DNA of 64,000 nt from positions 140,432,001-140,496,000 of the forward strand of contig NC_058368.1 of NCBI RefSeq assembly GCF_018350175.1, read 5' to 3'. Both the position numbers and the translations under genes were made by a program. The stretch's first letter is position 1. Every line of letters begins with the position of its first letter. Below the pieces are notes generated by a model. It searched no databases. It was not told the origin of the DNA and worked only from the letters and a program-made list of their open reading frames with translations. This document shows positions 25,619 to 38,557 of the stretch, piece by piece. The DNA is from Felis catus (taxonomy: Eukaryota).

Positions 25619-25854
25619 GAGAAGAATTCAAATTTTGCTTTTTTTCAGTTTATGTAACTTCAGATACATTCAGTTTGCAAGTTATATCGGAGATATGCAC
25701 TAAAGGCAGAGTGAGGGGAAAATTGAGTATAATCAATTATCCTTGAAAAACTAGATGATTATCTGTTGTCTTTATTATGCATATCCATAAACTTTATATT
25801 TTATAACTTATTTAATAATTGGTTATATTATAGTTGAACTGTAAAATATTTTCT

Positions 25855-26056
25855 TAATGTTTATTTTTGAGAGAGAGAGAGAGATGGAGTGTGAGCAGGG
25901 GAGGGCCGGAGACAGAGGGAGACACAGAATGTGAAGCAAGCTTCAGGCTCCAAGCTGTCAGCACAGAGCCCCACACGGGGCTCGTCCTCGTGAACTGTGA
26001 GATCATGACCCGACCTGAAGTCCTGTGCTTAACCAACTGAGCCATCCAGGCACCCC
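25855..26056 (-). mobile_element. Can-SINE
   Basis: tttatttttgagagag…gagccatccaggcacccc. Confidence 0.92.
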
Positions 26057-26812
26057 TAACTATAAAATAATTTAAAGTATATGTGATTTTTTAAAAGTAT
26101 TCGTAAAGTAGCTTCATGGGGCAGGTAGCATTATTCCCATTCTACAGATGGTGAAACTGAGTGTCTAGTTAACTGATCCATGACTGAATGTGACAGTATT
26201 ACAGGCATATTTTACCCCACAGCCGCTTCCCTTTCCACTCACCCACACCTTTCCATCAGGTGTCTTTGTCAGTGTAGTCAGAAACTCGCCTTTTGCGGGG
26301 ACAGAGGAGTAGAATAAAGGAGGGTGCCTGAGATAAAAATGTTTGATTTTCTCCGGCGTGTTCCCAGCATTTATTGATCATATGACTTTGCTTGTGTGTT
26401 ACATAAGCAGCGTCACTGACGTGTTTGTTTTTGTTTTGCTCTTCTTATCGCCCTTACGTTCTGATAAGTCTAATTTGGCAATGCTGAATAGTATCTTAAT
26501 GTTTTTCCCTTCATTGGACTATCTTTGACATTACTGCATCTCTAAGAAATAAGCCTCTGATTTTACTTTCTTTACTCATTCAAAATAGCACTAATTTATA
26601 TGGCTTACAGCAGAAAGAAAAGAAAGTCACATAAATCTATTTGCTGACTAGTAAGATATCAGTAATACCATTAAAAACACCCTCAGAAAAGCCTAATGGC
26701 TGCTGGGCCAGTCATCAAATGGATGCAGGGAGGCAGTGACGCTTGAGTGTAGTTGAAAGACCACTCAAGAGTGGTTCAACTCAAGTGAGTTGAAAGACCA
26801 CTCAAGAAAGAA

Positions 26813-27020
26813 GAGTGTAGTTGAAAACTTTGGAATCAGCGTTGTTTGGAATCCCAATTCTGCCGTTTACCTGTCTTTATGATCTTTGAATTACCTAACC
26901 TCCCTGAGTTTATTTCCCACTAGAAAAGTACACATCCAAATTCCTATCACAAAGGGGGAAGCAGGGACTGAGATAGTATATGTAACATATCTGGCACGTA
27001 GAAAGTGCTTATTAAGTCTT
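26813..27020 (+). mobile_element. MIR remnant
   Basis: tttggaatcag…ggaatcccaattctgccgtttac…ttacctaacctccctgagttt…ctggcacgtagaaagtgctt. Confidence 0.65.
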
Positions 27021-29583
27021 AGTCCCTTCCCTCCACTACTTTTCATGTATGTATCACAAAGAGTTTATGCTGACTAGAGAAACGCAAGAAATAATGCATG
27101 CGTATGGAATGTGCAGGAAAAACACCTATTCAAAACCAAGAGGTTGTTTTGTTTTCCTGCACTTAGCCTTGAAGTATTTGTGATTTATTTTCTCCTAATA
27201 GTAAAAGAAAAAATAGACCAAGAGTCAGTATCCTATTGTCTTCTAAAGCACAAACAGCTTTGTAGAAATCTCTGATACTCTGGTTTGTTTGGGGTAGTTT
27301 TTGAGAGAATAAGGACAAGGTGTTAGCAGTGACTTGGTACTCCCTGAGAGCAAGCCCAGGGAGCCGTCATTATATAACCTGCTACATCTGTTTAACCATA
27401 ATAAAATATCATTGTTCGCATTGGGGTCATTGAAGTTAAGGTAAATACCTGCCTCCCTAAATGTTCATTCTCTATAGAGAACAGGGAGAATAATTTTAGG
27501 ACTAGTTCTACCTAATAGGAAACATTTGCACTGACCATCTTAAGCATGAAAAGTTCATAGACAAGTAGGAGTTGAATTCCTTTCTCTTCTTTTCAAATAG
27601 TAGAATCTCATCCAAACTAAAGGTTTTACAATTCCTTCTGTAATTTTAACTGTTGGAGCTAAAAATTTTAAATTGGCCTTGGAAACTTGACAACCCTTTC
27701 TTCCTTACTGAGATCTGTTGCTGAAGTGTGTAGGAGCAGACAATGAGCAAATGGAATTTTCCTCGTGCCTATTTGGTAGCAAAAGAAGTGGTTTTTGTCC
27801 CTCAAATATTTTTTTTGTAACAGTAATTGATTAATAAATCCCCAATCTAGGAATCCTGGCCTTTAATTCTTCCCCTGAATGGAGCAAAGTCCTAGATAGA
27901 TCCCTCCCATCCCAATCTGCAGGGTGGACCTTAACAATCTCTATGTCCTGCTTTGAATTTGTAGATTATATATGTTTTTTTTTTTTTTTAAAGTGAGACA
28001 TTCTTTGGGTTTGTACAGTGGACCGAAATTAATTTTACTGTCTGTGTGAGAGTTAGAAATGAGGTTCTGTTCTGAAAAGGTGTGCGGGGTTTAGAGATTC
28101 AGGTTTGATAGAAACAAATGGCGTTTTAAATGCTCAAGGATGATAACATTTTTGTGGGAAACACGTTTGGAACTTTTTGTATCAAAGTGAGATCAAAGAA
28201 CCCTCTTTCATATGCAGGGCTTAAAGCTGTGTACATTTAAAGCATATTTGCAGAAAAGGATTAACCATTTTCACAAAGCCTGAACTGTTTTTTTCTTTTT
28301 CCTGAGTAATTGTGGCAAAGAAGTTCCCTAAGTCTCCTGAGCATTAATAACCTCACTGGAGAAATGAGATTAGTGTCTGGTTAGAGACTAACTCGTGTAA
28401 GTAACCTGTGTTGTTTCGAGTGGTTACTCTTTCCTCACATAGGAAATTCTTCTTCCAATGATTAGCTGGAAGATTTAGGGTTTTGGCTTATTAAAGGACA
28501 TGACCACAGTCCCTTATTAAAGGAAGAGACCTCAGTCCCTTACAACCTTGTCTAACATGAATATCCTCTGAAGTTGTACATTGATACATAACTTGGGAGT
28601 TCTTAGAAATGTGTGATAGGGGAGAAGTTCTAGGAAAAGTGTGGAGGACGGGCATTGGAGCTTGCCTTCCCTTAGGATCTGGACAGTAGGGCTGTGTTAC
28701 CACCAGGGCACTGGACTTAGTAGGACTAAACCTGGAAAGGACACAGCCTTTCTGCTCGCGAGCACAAAGCTGAGCACATCACTTCAGCAGCTTTTATTGA
28801 GCATGTACTATTTACCTGGCACTTGGTAGGGATGGATGAGTTACGAACCCCTGCACTCAGTGTCTCATAATTTTAGTGACTTGATAAAACTTCCACTGTT
28901 TTTAACACGTGGCATGGCGCTCTGTACCATTACTGAAGATTCTTGACCTCAGAATATGCCTCAAGTTACTAATAGCTTCAACCTCAGGTTTGCCTGTTTT
29001 TCAAAAGAAGATTAAGATTAGGGAAGTTGGATCATGTGATCCTTAAAAGCTTAAGATCAGCTAGCTGTGAAATACTTCAGGAAGCATCCCGGTATGAAGC
29101 CAGAATATATCATGGGTCAAGTTTATTGAGTGTTTCACTTTATTGGGAACTTTGGACTTGGGGTTCTCTCATCTTGGTATCCCAACCCCTGTCCCCTGCC
29201 CATTTTAGGGTCTTGGAATCAATTCTCTTATCTCTAGTTCCTTACTTGGGGTATACATCTCTTGGAAGCATTCTTTAAGTTCTGAGAATGGGGAGATAAC
29301 CATTTGGCTCTACTCTCCCAGCTAAAAACTGGACCCAAATCTTAAAAGGTGGTTCAATAGACATTTGAGTTGAATTACACATTCAGGACTTAAGATTCTC
29401 AGGGTTCCTTTCAGAAATTTTGAGTCACCCAGAATAATTGTATATAAAATGCTAAAGTCTAGCATGTTTCTATGAATTAGTGCTTCATACCATATTTTTA
29501 ACCTGTTTCTCCTTAAAGGGACATGTTTTACATCATACCATTTCATAAAACAGAGATTCCCTGTCCTGATTTTTGTGATTCTT

Positions 29584-29794
29584 TTTTAAAAAAATTTTTT
29601 TTAATATTTATTTTTGGAAAGAGAGACAGCATAAATGGGGGAGCAGCAGAGAGAGAGGGAGACACAGAATCCAAAGCAGGATCCAGGCTCCGAGCTGTCA
29701 GTACAAAGCCTGATGCAGGCTTCAAACTCACGGACTGCTAGACCATAACCTGAGCCGAAGTCGGACGTTTAACCAACCAAGCCACACAGGCACT
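29584..29794 (-). mobile_element. Can-SINE
   Basis: TSD ctgatttttgtgattctt at 29566-29583 and 29795-29812. Confidence 0.93.
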
Positions 29795-29854
29795 CTGATT
29801 TTTGTGATTCTTGCAGACCCGCTCTCCACTGGAGGGAGTATATCCCTACCTATC

Positions 29855-30048
29855 TTTTCTTTTAAGTTTATTTATTTATTTTTGAGAGGCTAGGAGAGGG
29901 ACAGAGAGAGAGGGAGAGACAATCCCAAGCAGGCTTCACACTGTCAGCAGGGAGCCTGATGTGGGGCTTGATCTCCTGAACTGTGAGATCATGACCTGGG
30001 CCCAAACCAAGAGTCAGATGCTTAACCCACTGAGCCACCAAGGCACCC
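29855..30048 (-). mobile_element. Can-SINE (older subfamily)
   Basis: aatcccaagcaggcttcacactgtcagc…ccaagagtcagatgcttaacc…gagccaccaaggcacccc. Confidence 0.9.
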
Positions 30049-32344
30049 CCCCCCCCCGCCCCCGACACACATCTATCTAAGCATCCTGCAGTTATGTCAA
30101 ACTTACAATTGTTTCACTCTAGTAAAAGCTTTTTGAGGGACTTTGTGTATCATAGTTGTCACTGTATATCCAGTCTGTACAACAGACACAAAGCAGCCAC
30201 TCAAATATCTGTTGAACAAGTGAATGGATTTTAATACCAAGGAGATGGTGGCTTTGTTGTGTCTATGTGTGAAGGGAGCAAGTAGGGTAGCTGAAATTAA
30301 CAATGGAACAGGCAAACTCCTTAATGAAGCAGGTCTCTGGGCTATTTTTACATTAGATTTTGTGGGTATTATTTGGAAAATGAACTCAAGTTTCCTTCCA
30401 TGACTTAGAGTTCTACTTCAACACCTTCTCTACCAACACTTACTGTGCTCCTTAGATCTCTGAATAAGCTCCATAATGTGATTGCTGTAGAATGTTAGTG
30501 CTTTAAAATGCCATCTTGGAGCCAGCATCTGCTAATGTTACAAGAGGAATTTTGTGAGCTGCTAATATTTCTGGAAGTTCTTCACAATATCTTTGTGTCT
30601 CTTAGGGTTCAAGGCAGCAAGTGAAGATGAACTTCAGAGGAAATGGCAGTTAGTCAAGCTGTTTTAAGGTGAAAGCAATTCTGAAGGCACTTAAATGGTC
30701 TGCTCTTGGGTTTGGCAGTGACCAGAACCTGTCCTGTCCTGGCTCACTCAGATCTAGCAGCAGCACGGCACTGGGCAAGGGCAGGGGCTGCTGTGTTCAG
30801 GGAACTTGTTTCCAGCCCTGGCTCAGCCATTGACCCAGCAAGTAACTACATGCCATCCCCTTTCCTTACATGACCGCTGTTTCCTAGAAGGAGGCAGTGC
30901 CTATTTCTCAGAGTGATTAGGAGAACCACAGAATAACATGGAAGAGTGATTTATGGGTGGTAAAGTCATGCTTAAGTGAATTAGTTAATCAGTTCCATGA
31001 TGACTCTTTAAATGGCAGTGTTATTATCCATGCCTGTGCTTCTTATCAGAAGTCGCTACTTGGTAAATGTTAAATAATGCAGAAATAGTTGCAGGCAACC
31101 TCTGTGGTCCAGAAGGATCTACTTTTGCTGTGATTAAGACATTTTCACGCTCATAACCATAACATGTGCTTTGACCATACGTCACAAAGGAAAGAAGGTG
31201 AGGCTGAAGTGGATGTGGTTGAAAGGGCAGTGGCCAGATGTGTGACCCGGTGGGCCAGATCAGAAGGGAAGGAAGGGATGTGTTAAAGGAAGCCCCACGA
31301 GGGCAAACATGTTTTGTTTTGTTCACTGCCCTATCCCTGATGGTTTGGCTCATGCCTGATCCATAGAATCTATAAATTGAACATTAGGTAAGTGAGGTGT
31401 GTGAAATGTTACTGGACTTGCTCCATCAGTGACCATACCCTTCTTGTATTCGGGGTAAGTAGGCAAATACAACTACCCACATAGATATTTTAGAGTCCTT
31501 GTGTTAATCATTCCTGATGAGAGATTGTGTAGCATATATTCTATGGAGCATGTAGCCTGTGCAGGGTAGTGAGCTGGGCATGGTGAGAATATAACTGTGT
31601 CTTGTAGGAGTTGACTATGAAATGAAACGATATAGGAGGTGCCAGGAGAGAGCACATTTTGAGTGGGAACAAACAGGGGACTTTGGGAAGGAAGTCATGA
31701 TGGAGTTGAGCCATCAAGATAGGCAGAATTCTATCAGCTGGGGCCAATACTTTGGGATTGCAATTTAAGGCTTTGTGGCATATGTGTGTGTGTTAATTCA
31801 AACATTAAGTCTTCCCTTTGGATGGGGGTGATGTCACAGTTTAAGAGCCTCTCTGCAGCTCTCCTGGACTGGTGGATTCTTGCATGGCTTGTGGAAGGAG
31901 TTGGGGGGTTGAGGCCTTGGGACCAAGTACTGCTAAGGCTTCTCTTTCCTCCTGGGCCGGTTTGTTGAGGTGGAAGGAATTCATAGCCAAAAAGGAAGGT
32001 GGCAGTAAGAATGTCTCCTTTTGAATGTGACCCCTGCACTCATACTTAAAAGTTGGGAAGGTAGCATCATCATGCGGATTCATACTAGGAGTTTTATATT
32101 GTTTTCAAGCTTTAATGTATCTGAAGGTACTATGAGATGAAAACGTTCTGTCGGGAATGGAAAACCGTCTTTAGACTGAAGTTAAAATGAGAGATTGGAA
32201 ATCACGAGGTGTCCGGGGGATGACGTGTTAGGAGCCCTGGAGGTGGAAGATTAGGTGACGATATGTGGGCATGCCAGGTACCTTCTAGGAAAACTTGGGA
32301 TACGAAAATCATAATTTGAGAAGTGTATTCATTATGGGGTGAGG

Positions 32345-32960
32345 GTCAGCTCACTTAACAAAGGCACTTTTTCAGAAATGTTTGTGGTCTGCATGCAAGG
32401 AACCATGATAAATGTAACGGGGACATGCAGATGAGTTAAGAGTCTTTTCCTGCAAGGAATTCCCATTTCGTAGGGGGAGACGTGACTGAGCTTCTGTGAT
32501 GAGTGATGTAATAAAAAGGTGAACCAAAGTGCTGAGGCAGGTAGATGGATCCTGACTTGCAGATCTACAGAATTTTGCTTGAGAAGATGTAAGACACGGA
32601 GGTGGGAGAATGGCTTTCCAGGGCAGAGGGAAGGTGGAGAGCAGAAGCACTCCAGCCTAAAATGTGGTGTTGTGGTCCTGGCACACAGAACTGCCTGGAA
32701 GGAGTGGATGGAATTCAGGTTTCACGTTGGAGGAGGTGGGAAGGTCTTCTAGACCTTTGTTCTGTAGCACATGGGGATCCATCAAAGGTTTGGAGAAGGA
32801 GAACGAAATGAGCAGTACTGTGTTTGAAAGGTGCTTCTGATGGTGGTGAGGACAATGAGTGGGGGAGGGGTGGTGGCTGGGAGGCTGTCGGAGGGCTGTC
32901 AGAAGAGTCTAGGGGAGACACGTTGAAGGCCTGCAGTCTTGGGGTAGAGGTGCAGGGGAG
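32345..32960 (-). mobile_element. L2 LINE remnant
   Basis: Purine-rich L2 antisense motifs: tttccagggcagagggaagg…tggggatccatcaaaggtttggag…gtctaggggagac. Confidence 0.6.
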
Positions 32961-34722
32961 GGTTGTTCCAGAGCTTTGGTACTTTTCCTAAATTTGAAAG
33001 TTCTCTTCTAAAGTTTAGATCTGATTGAGTTTATTAAGAAAAAGAAGATGATTTTGATGAAGCTGAATTGTGGAAGTTTGTAAAGTATATTTGTTGACCC
33101 TCACTGGTATCGTTGATCTGTTTCAAGCAATGAAACCACACTGAGACATGGGGAGTGGTAGACAGGGAGGACAGGAAGAAGGTGATGGAATGTGTGGAGG
33201 CTCCTGCTTCTTTTGCCCTAGCGTGGTTCTCTCCAAGCCTGTCCTGGTGCCTTTCCACATCTCCTCTCCTTCTTCTTCAGGTTCCTTTTCTTCCTCCTCT
33301 ATAAACAGACACGTTTCTCTAAGTTCTTCCGTATTTCTTCCCCCGCCCCCATCCTCCCATCCACACATGTCTAGCCCTAATGCTTCTACTTTTCACGTGG
33401 GCAAATGACTTCACAGCCCATTTGCTCAACTGTAAAGTGGGACACATTACCTGCCTCATCGTGTCATCTACATCTGTAAATGAGGCAGTTCATAGAAAAC
33501 ATTTCAAGGACTTGAAACAAAGTAAATGCTCAATAAGCATCGAGCATATATTTATATATTGTATTCTGTCATATTTTATATTGATATAAGTTTAATCACT
33601 TTTGAGTTCTTTGAGGTATTATTTTTGGCTGGAAAATATTTAGCATAGTACTTGCTCCAGTAAGAGTTCAAAATTTTATCTTAATTCCTCTTGTCTGCTA
33701 AGATGATATTTTGGACTCTTCCTCAGTATGGCATGGGATTGACCTTTCTGAGGGATGGATGGGCCACCTTAACGCTTCTGCTTGGAACCAGGGGTCTCGT
33801 TTATGAATTGGCTGATTGGAGCTGTGGCTAGGGAACAAAAAAAAATTCATATTCCTGCCCCATATGACCATACATCCCTGCCCACCCCCAACGTGTTCAT
33901 TACATGAATAATGTAACAAACTAGAAACCAAATTCACTTTATAGCTATCAGAATTGAAGTTCTTTGTCATGTAAATGAAGAGCCAAGAGTTGGCAGATGT
34001 GGCCCGTGAGGCTCTTGAGTACTGTTGAGACTGTGGGCAGGCGAAGTACACTCAGGAAATGGGGAAGCCGTATTCTCTGCAGAAAAGTAAAGCTGAATTG
34101 TGGAAGTTTGTAAAGTATATTTGTATTGGAATGAAGAGTGTGGGGCTTAAAAACTGCTCAATTGATGTCTCCTTTGTTTTGTTCTTCTGGATACCTTTTG
34201 ACCAGGAAGGTTAGCCTCATCAAGGCCAAGATACAGGTGAAGCACGAATCTTAGAGACTTTGGCATCTGTAACCTAGGGTTTGCATTGGGTGAGAAGCTT
34301 TAATTCCCTTTAGGAGTGGGTAAACACTGATCCTTATAGATTATTTGTTAAAATTCAGAATTTCCAGGAAGGTCCAAGCTGAGCCACTGGACCAATACTA
34401 CAAGCTTGTGAAGGAAAGTTGTTGGGAGTGGACCATGTTTTAATGGGTTTGAGGCCATCAAAATTCTCTGGCACCAAGTCTATGATATATGATGCTGTTC
34501 TCATCCTTTTTAGTAATTTTAACCCGTACTTCAGTATTGCATTTTTAAATTTTTGCTATCATTGACATATTGTAAAATCCAAAAGCAAATCTTTCTATTT
34601 TTTTGATGTTTAAATATCCTTGTCTCTTAGTGTTCAGTGTTGAATTTTCGGTTGTTTGTCTCAAGTGTTTATTTGATGAACACTACCCTTAAAAGTAATG
34701 TGATGCTTTCCTCTATTTCTAG

Positions 34723-34822
34723 CTATTGTGGATGATGAAAGGCTCTCTGCAGAGGAGATGGATGAGAGGAGGAGGCAGAACATTGCTTATGAATATCTGT
34801 GCCATCTAGAGGAAGCCAAAAG
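34723..34822 (+). CDS. IQGAP2: IQGAP2 (Ras GTPase-activating-like protein IQGAP2) internal coding exon, exon 2, N-terminal region just before the calponin-homology domain
   Basis: Pyrimidine tract + AG (gctttcctctatttctag, AG at 34721-34722) and donor ag|gtaaga at 34823. The 100 nt read as 2 + 32 codons + 2: ct-IVDDERLSAEEMDERRRQNIAYEYLCHLEEAK-ag. This matches the recalled human IQGAP2 N-terminus (…YGSIVDDERLSAEEMDERRRQNIAYEYLCHLEEAKRWM…). The IVDDERLS/QNIAY residues favour IQGAP2 over IQGAP1 and IQGAP3. Confidence 0.95.
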
Positions 34823-34884
34823 GTAAGATCCCAATGCAGTCTATCTGTGTACCTTCTCCTGGATAAACTTTGGGATACTATACT

Positions 34885-35067
34885 TTTTAAAAAATGTTTT
34901 ATTACTTATTTTGGAGGGTGGGGGCAGAGAGAAAGGAAACAGAGGATCTGACATGGGCTATGTGCCGACCGCAGAGGGTCCGATGTAGGGCTTGAACTCA
35001 GGAACCGTGAAATCATGACCTGAGCCAAAGGCGGACCCTCAACCAACTGAGCCACCCAGGTGCCCCT
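34885..35067 (-). mobile_element. Can-SINE about 60 nt downstream of exon 2
   Basis: aaatcatgacctgagcc…gagccacccaggtgcccc, flanked by near-repeat gggatac(t)atactttt. Confidence 0.9.
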
Positions 35068-35332
35068 GGGATACATACTTTTAACCACTCATTTGCAGTC
35101 TTATTGGTAGCAGTGTAAGTGGAGAAGAACCACCTGTATTTTTGTAAATGGTCAGGCGGAATTGAGAAAAAGTTGCTGCCACAGCCAGGGTCCAGGCCCT
35201 AGGAGGGGAGGCAACTATTTCTTTTTCTTGCTTACGTTCTCCCAGGAAATCTCTGGACCAATTGCAGATTATTTCAAATTCCTCATTTCACTGATTTGGA
35301 AGTGAGGGCACAGCAAAGACTTAAATCGACTT

Positions 35333-35455
35333 CTTTTTTTTTTAAGTTTTTAATTTTAATTCCAGTTTTGTTAACATACAGTTAGTTTCAGGTGTGCAGT
35401 ATAGTGATTGAGCAATTCTGTACATTACTCGGTGCTCATCATGATGAGTGTACTT
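35333..35455 (-). mobile_element. Short L1 3'-terminal fragment (carnivore L1)
   Basis: Poly-T then gttaacatacagttagtttcaggtgtgcagtatagtgatt…gtgctcatc. Confidence 0.75.
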
Positions 35456-36476
35456 GAACTTCGTTTTCCCCAGAGCTTCCTCAGATATTTTTGTCACCCC
35501 AAATGCCAGTAATTATAAATACTGTATAGGACAGTCTCATTTTGAACTGAAGTCCATCGGTCACTAAGCTAGAGAGTAGGTTTATGACTGCAATCTCCAT
35601 TTAAACGTTGGGTTCTCTGAGGAGAAAGTGAAGATAAACTAATTTGCCCTTAGGCCTCTGTATCGGAGGAACCACAAGAACTTTGCCCTGTGCTGGGTGA
35701 ATACTCCAATGCCCATATGCCATGAATTACATTCTGATTTAGTGCTTTGTGCTGTGATTGAGTAACAGTATCATTCCTTGGACAGATGGTATGTTCTAGC
35801 TTTGTTAAGTATATAGAAATAAACATTGGGGTAATGGTCGTTGGTGTTAATGATCTCTAATCACTGTTAAATAGCTGTCTACAGAGCTGGAGGAATGAGG
35901 CTTTTTATCAAGTGCTGGGTGGAAGAGAATTCAGTGACACATGAACTAATTTGGCCTCAGAATCACTTGAAAGGGGTTTCTCAGGGTTGTTTAATAATTT
36001 AACAGTGTCTCGTAGCTCTAAGCTCTGAAGAATACTTTTAAAGATTCTAAAATATGTGAAGTTGACAGGTGGCAGGTCACTGAAGACTCAATATCAGCCT
36101 AAGATTATTAAAAACAGGCTTTTAGTCAAGTTGTTGATAATAAAGTTAGATACGGAGAGTGGCTCATAAATATTCCAAATAAACATGCTTTCAAAGAAAA
36201 AGTTTAGGAAGAGTAACGAGAAACTTTCTCCTTACACACATGTTGAGTTCTAAATTTTTGCCTCTTACTTTTTCTAAATGAGAAGCAGTGTCCTACTGGG
36301 GAGAGGTCAGCGGACTGGATTTCCTGGTCCCAGCATTACCACTTAGGAGCTGGGTGACCTTGGCCACATTGTTTAACCCGTGGGAACTTCGGTTTTGTCT
36401 CCTCTGTAATGGGATGATAAACATGTTAGCACAGTAATGAGTTTTTGTTGTGTCATAAAATAAAATGCATAAATTA

Positions 36477-36671
36477 GGGGCGTCGGGGTGACTCAGTCGG
36501 TTAAGTGTCTGACATCAGTTCAGGTCATGATCTCGCGGTTCATGAGTTCAAGCCCCACAGTGGGCTCTTCACTGACGGTGTGGAGCCTGCTTGGGATTCT
36601 GTCTCTCTCCCTCACTCTCTGCCCTTCTCCCACTTGCATTCTGTCTCTCTCAAAATAAAAAAAAAAAAAAA
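36477..36671 (+). mobile_element. Can-SINE
   Basis: ggggcgtcggggtgactcagtcggttaag…gcctgcttgggattct…A-tail. Confidence 0.9.
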
Positions 36672-38557
36672 TCTAGGAGTTTCTAATGTACAGCTAGATT
36701 TAAATACTACTTTAAAAAATGCGTGAATTAAAAAAAAAATAAAAAGGATGTTAGTGCCACCTGCCCTACCTCATGATTCCCACCCCTGCCCCTGCTCTAA
36801 AAATCACCTAAAATATAAAAGGCAAAAGTGTTCTGTAAACTTAGTAGTGCCAGTTAGGTGTATGGTGATAAGCATAGTTTTCTCCTGAATGTATCGAGTG
36901 TATCAATACAGCTTGACAGCTTGTCACAGTGTTTTCAAACCTTTGTAGTTGAATTTTGTTTTAGAGAAGTCAGAGTAACAATAAGCCCAGGTTTTTTGAA
37001 GAAGGTTTCCTAAGAATAGTTTCATTGAAAGAAAAAACTATGAAATATACAACTTTTCCTCTAAGATGACTTTATTAGTTTATTTTACAAGAAGATATTA
37101 GATGTAATATGTATTTATGAATCTTATTAACATCTGAACATTTTTGGTGACTTTTAAGGAACCTGATTTTTGGAAGTGGAGTCTGTAAAAATGTGGCCAT
37201 TAATAGATACATATTAATATGTGAGCTATGATTTCAGAAAGCATAGTACACAGAATTCTAATGGTCCTAAACTCAAGAAATAAATGAAAGGGTGAATTAG
37301 TCTCTGTCCAAAAAATTCAGAGGGTTTGGTACATGATTCTTTTACAATGCTAATGCCTTAGGAATTTGTCATATTGGGTTCATTATAGTGCGTGCATGTG
37401 CAGGTGTTCATGTGAGTGTGGTTGACTTAAAATACTGAGTTTCTACTAACTGGTAAACTTAGAATGTGTAAGCTTAGCCAGGATCTGTCTCTAGTTCAGC
37501 TCAGAACTGATTGGGTGTACTTAAACTAAAAATGTGTAGGTTCTGTTGTTGTGCCTCTTTTTGGTTCCAGAGGTAAGAACTGGAAGGATGTGTTTGTATG
37601 TTCTTTTAATTCAGAATTTTTGAAAACTCAAAATTGTAATAGTCTGTTACATCTTTGGCTTTATTAATTTCAAGATTTGTGGTAATTAATAATAAACCAT
37701 TTAAAAGCTACATCATTCAGAGGAGATATCACTACTAACAGAAATAAAAAGGGTGATGTACTACTATGCCAACAAATATATGTAGGGTAACCTAAATGAA
37801 ATGGACAAATACCTAGAAAGACATAAACTATCAAAACTGACTCAAAAATAAATTAACAATCAGAATAGACTTAGAACAAGTAAAAAGGTAAAGTTAGTAA
37901 GCAAAAAATTGCCTGCTTTTCAAAAAACATAGAAGGGAACACTTCGCAACCCATTCTACTAAGACCCATTTTTTCTTTGATACCAAAACCAGACAAAGAT
38001 ACCTCAAAAAAATGATAGACCTGCATGCCTTATGAGTACAAATAAAAAAATCCTCAACAAAATACTAGCAAACCAAGTCCAGCAACATAAATAAAGTATC
38101 ATATACCACTAAGTGGGATTTATCCCGGGAATGCAAGTTTAGTGTAATTCAAAAATCGATCAAGACATTTTAATGGGAAAAACATCTTTCAACAAATAAT
38201 CTTGGGCAACTGGAAATAGTCAAACATAAAAATGAATTTGGATCTCTATCCCATGCATAATCTAATCGAAATGTGAGAACCACAGCTACAAAACTCCTAA
38301 AAGAAAACAGGTATAAATACATGTGATTTGGGGGTAAGTAATGGTGACATTTCACCAAATAAGATACACATGCACCAGAACAGGACAGGGGGTTTAACAT
38401 CAGTTGTTAGGGAAATGCAGAGCAAAACCACAGTGAGATACTACCTCACACTGGAATAGTTAGAATAGAAAAGACCAACAATATCAAGTGTTTGCAAGGA
38501 TGAGGGAAGGTGCTTGTTGAATTACAAAATGGAGCAGCTACTTTTTATAACATTCTA

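Larger units (their letters stand above)
1..34722 (+). other. IQGAP2: IQGAP2 intron 1 (3' portion)
   Basis: Repeat-rich non-coding sequence upstream of the exon-2 acceptor. No exon-1 sequence (MPHEELPSLQRPRYG) or promoter CpG island recognised in the window. Confidence 0.8.

Noticed and set aside
26745..26826. Repeat containing gttgaaag, superficially like a CRISPR repeat end
   Set aside because: Eukaryotic intron, only 2-3 irregular copies, no unique spacers and no cas genes; better explained as a repair scar.
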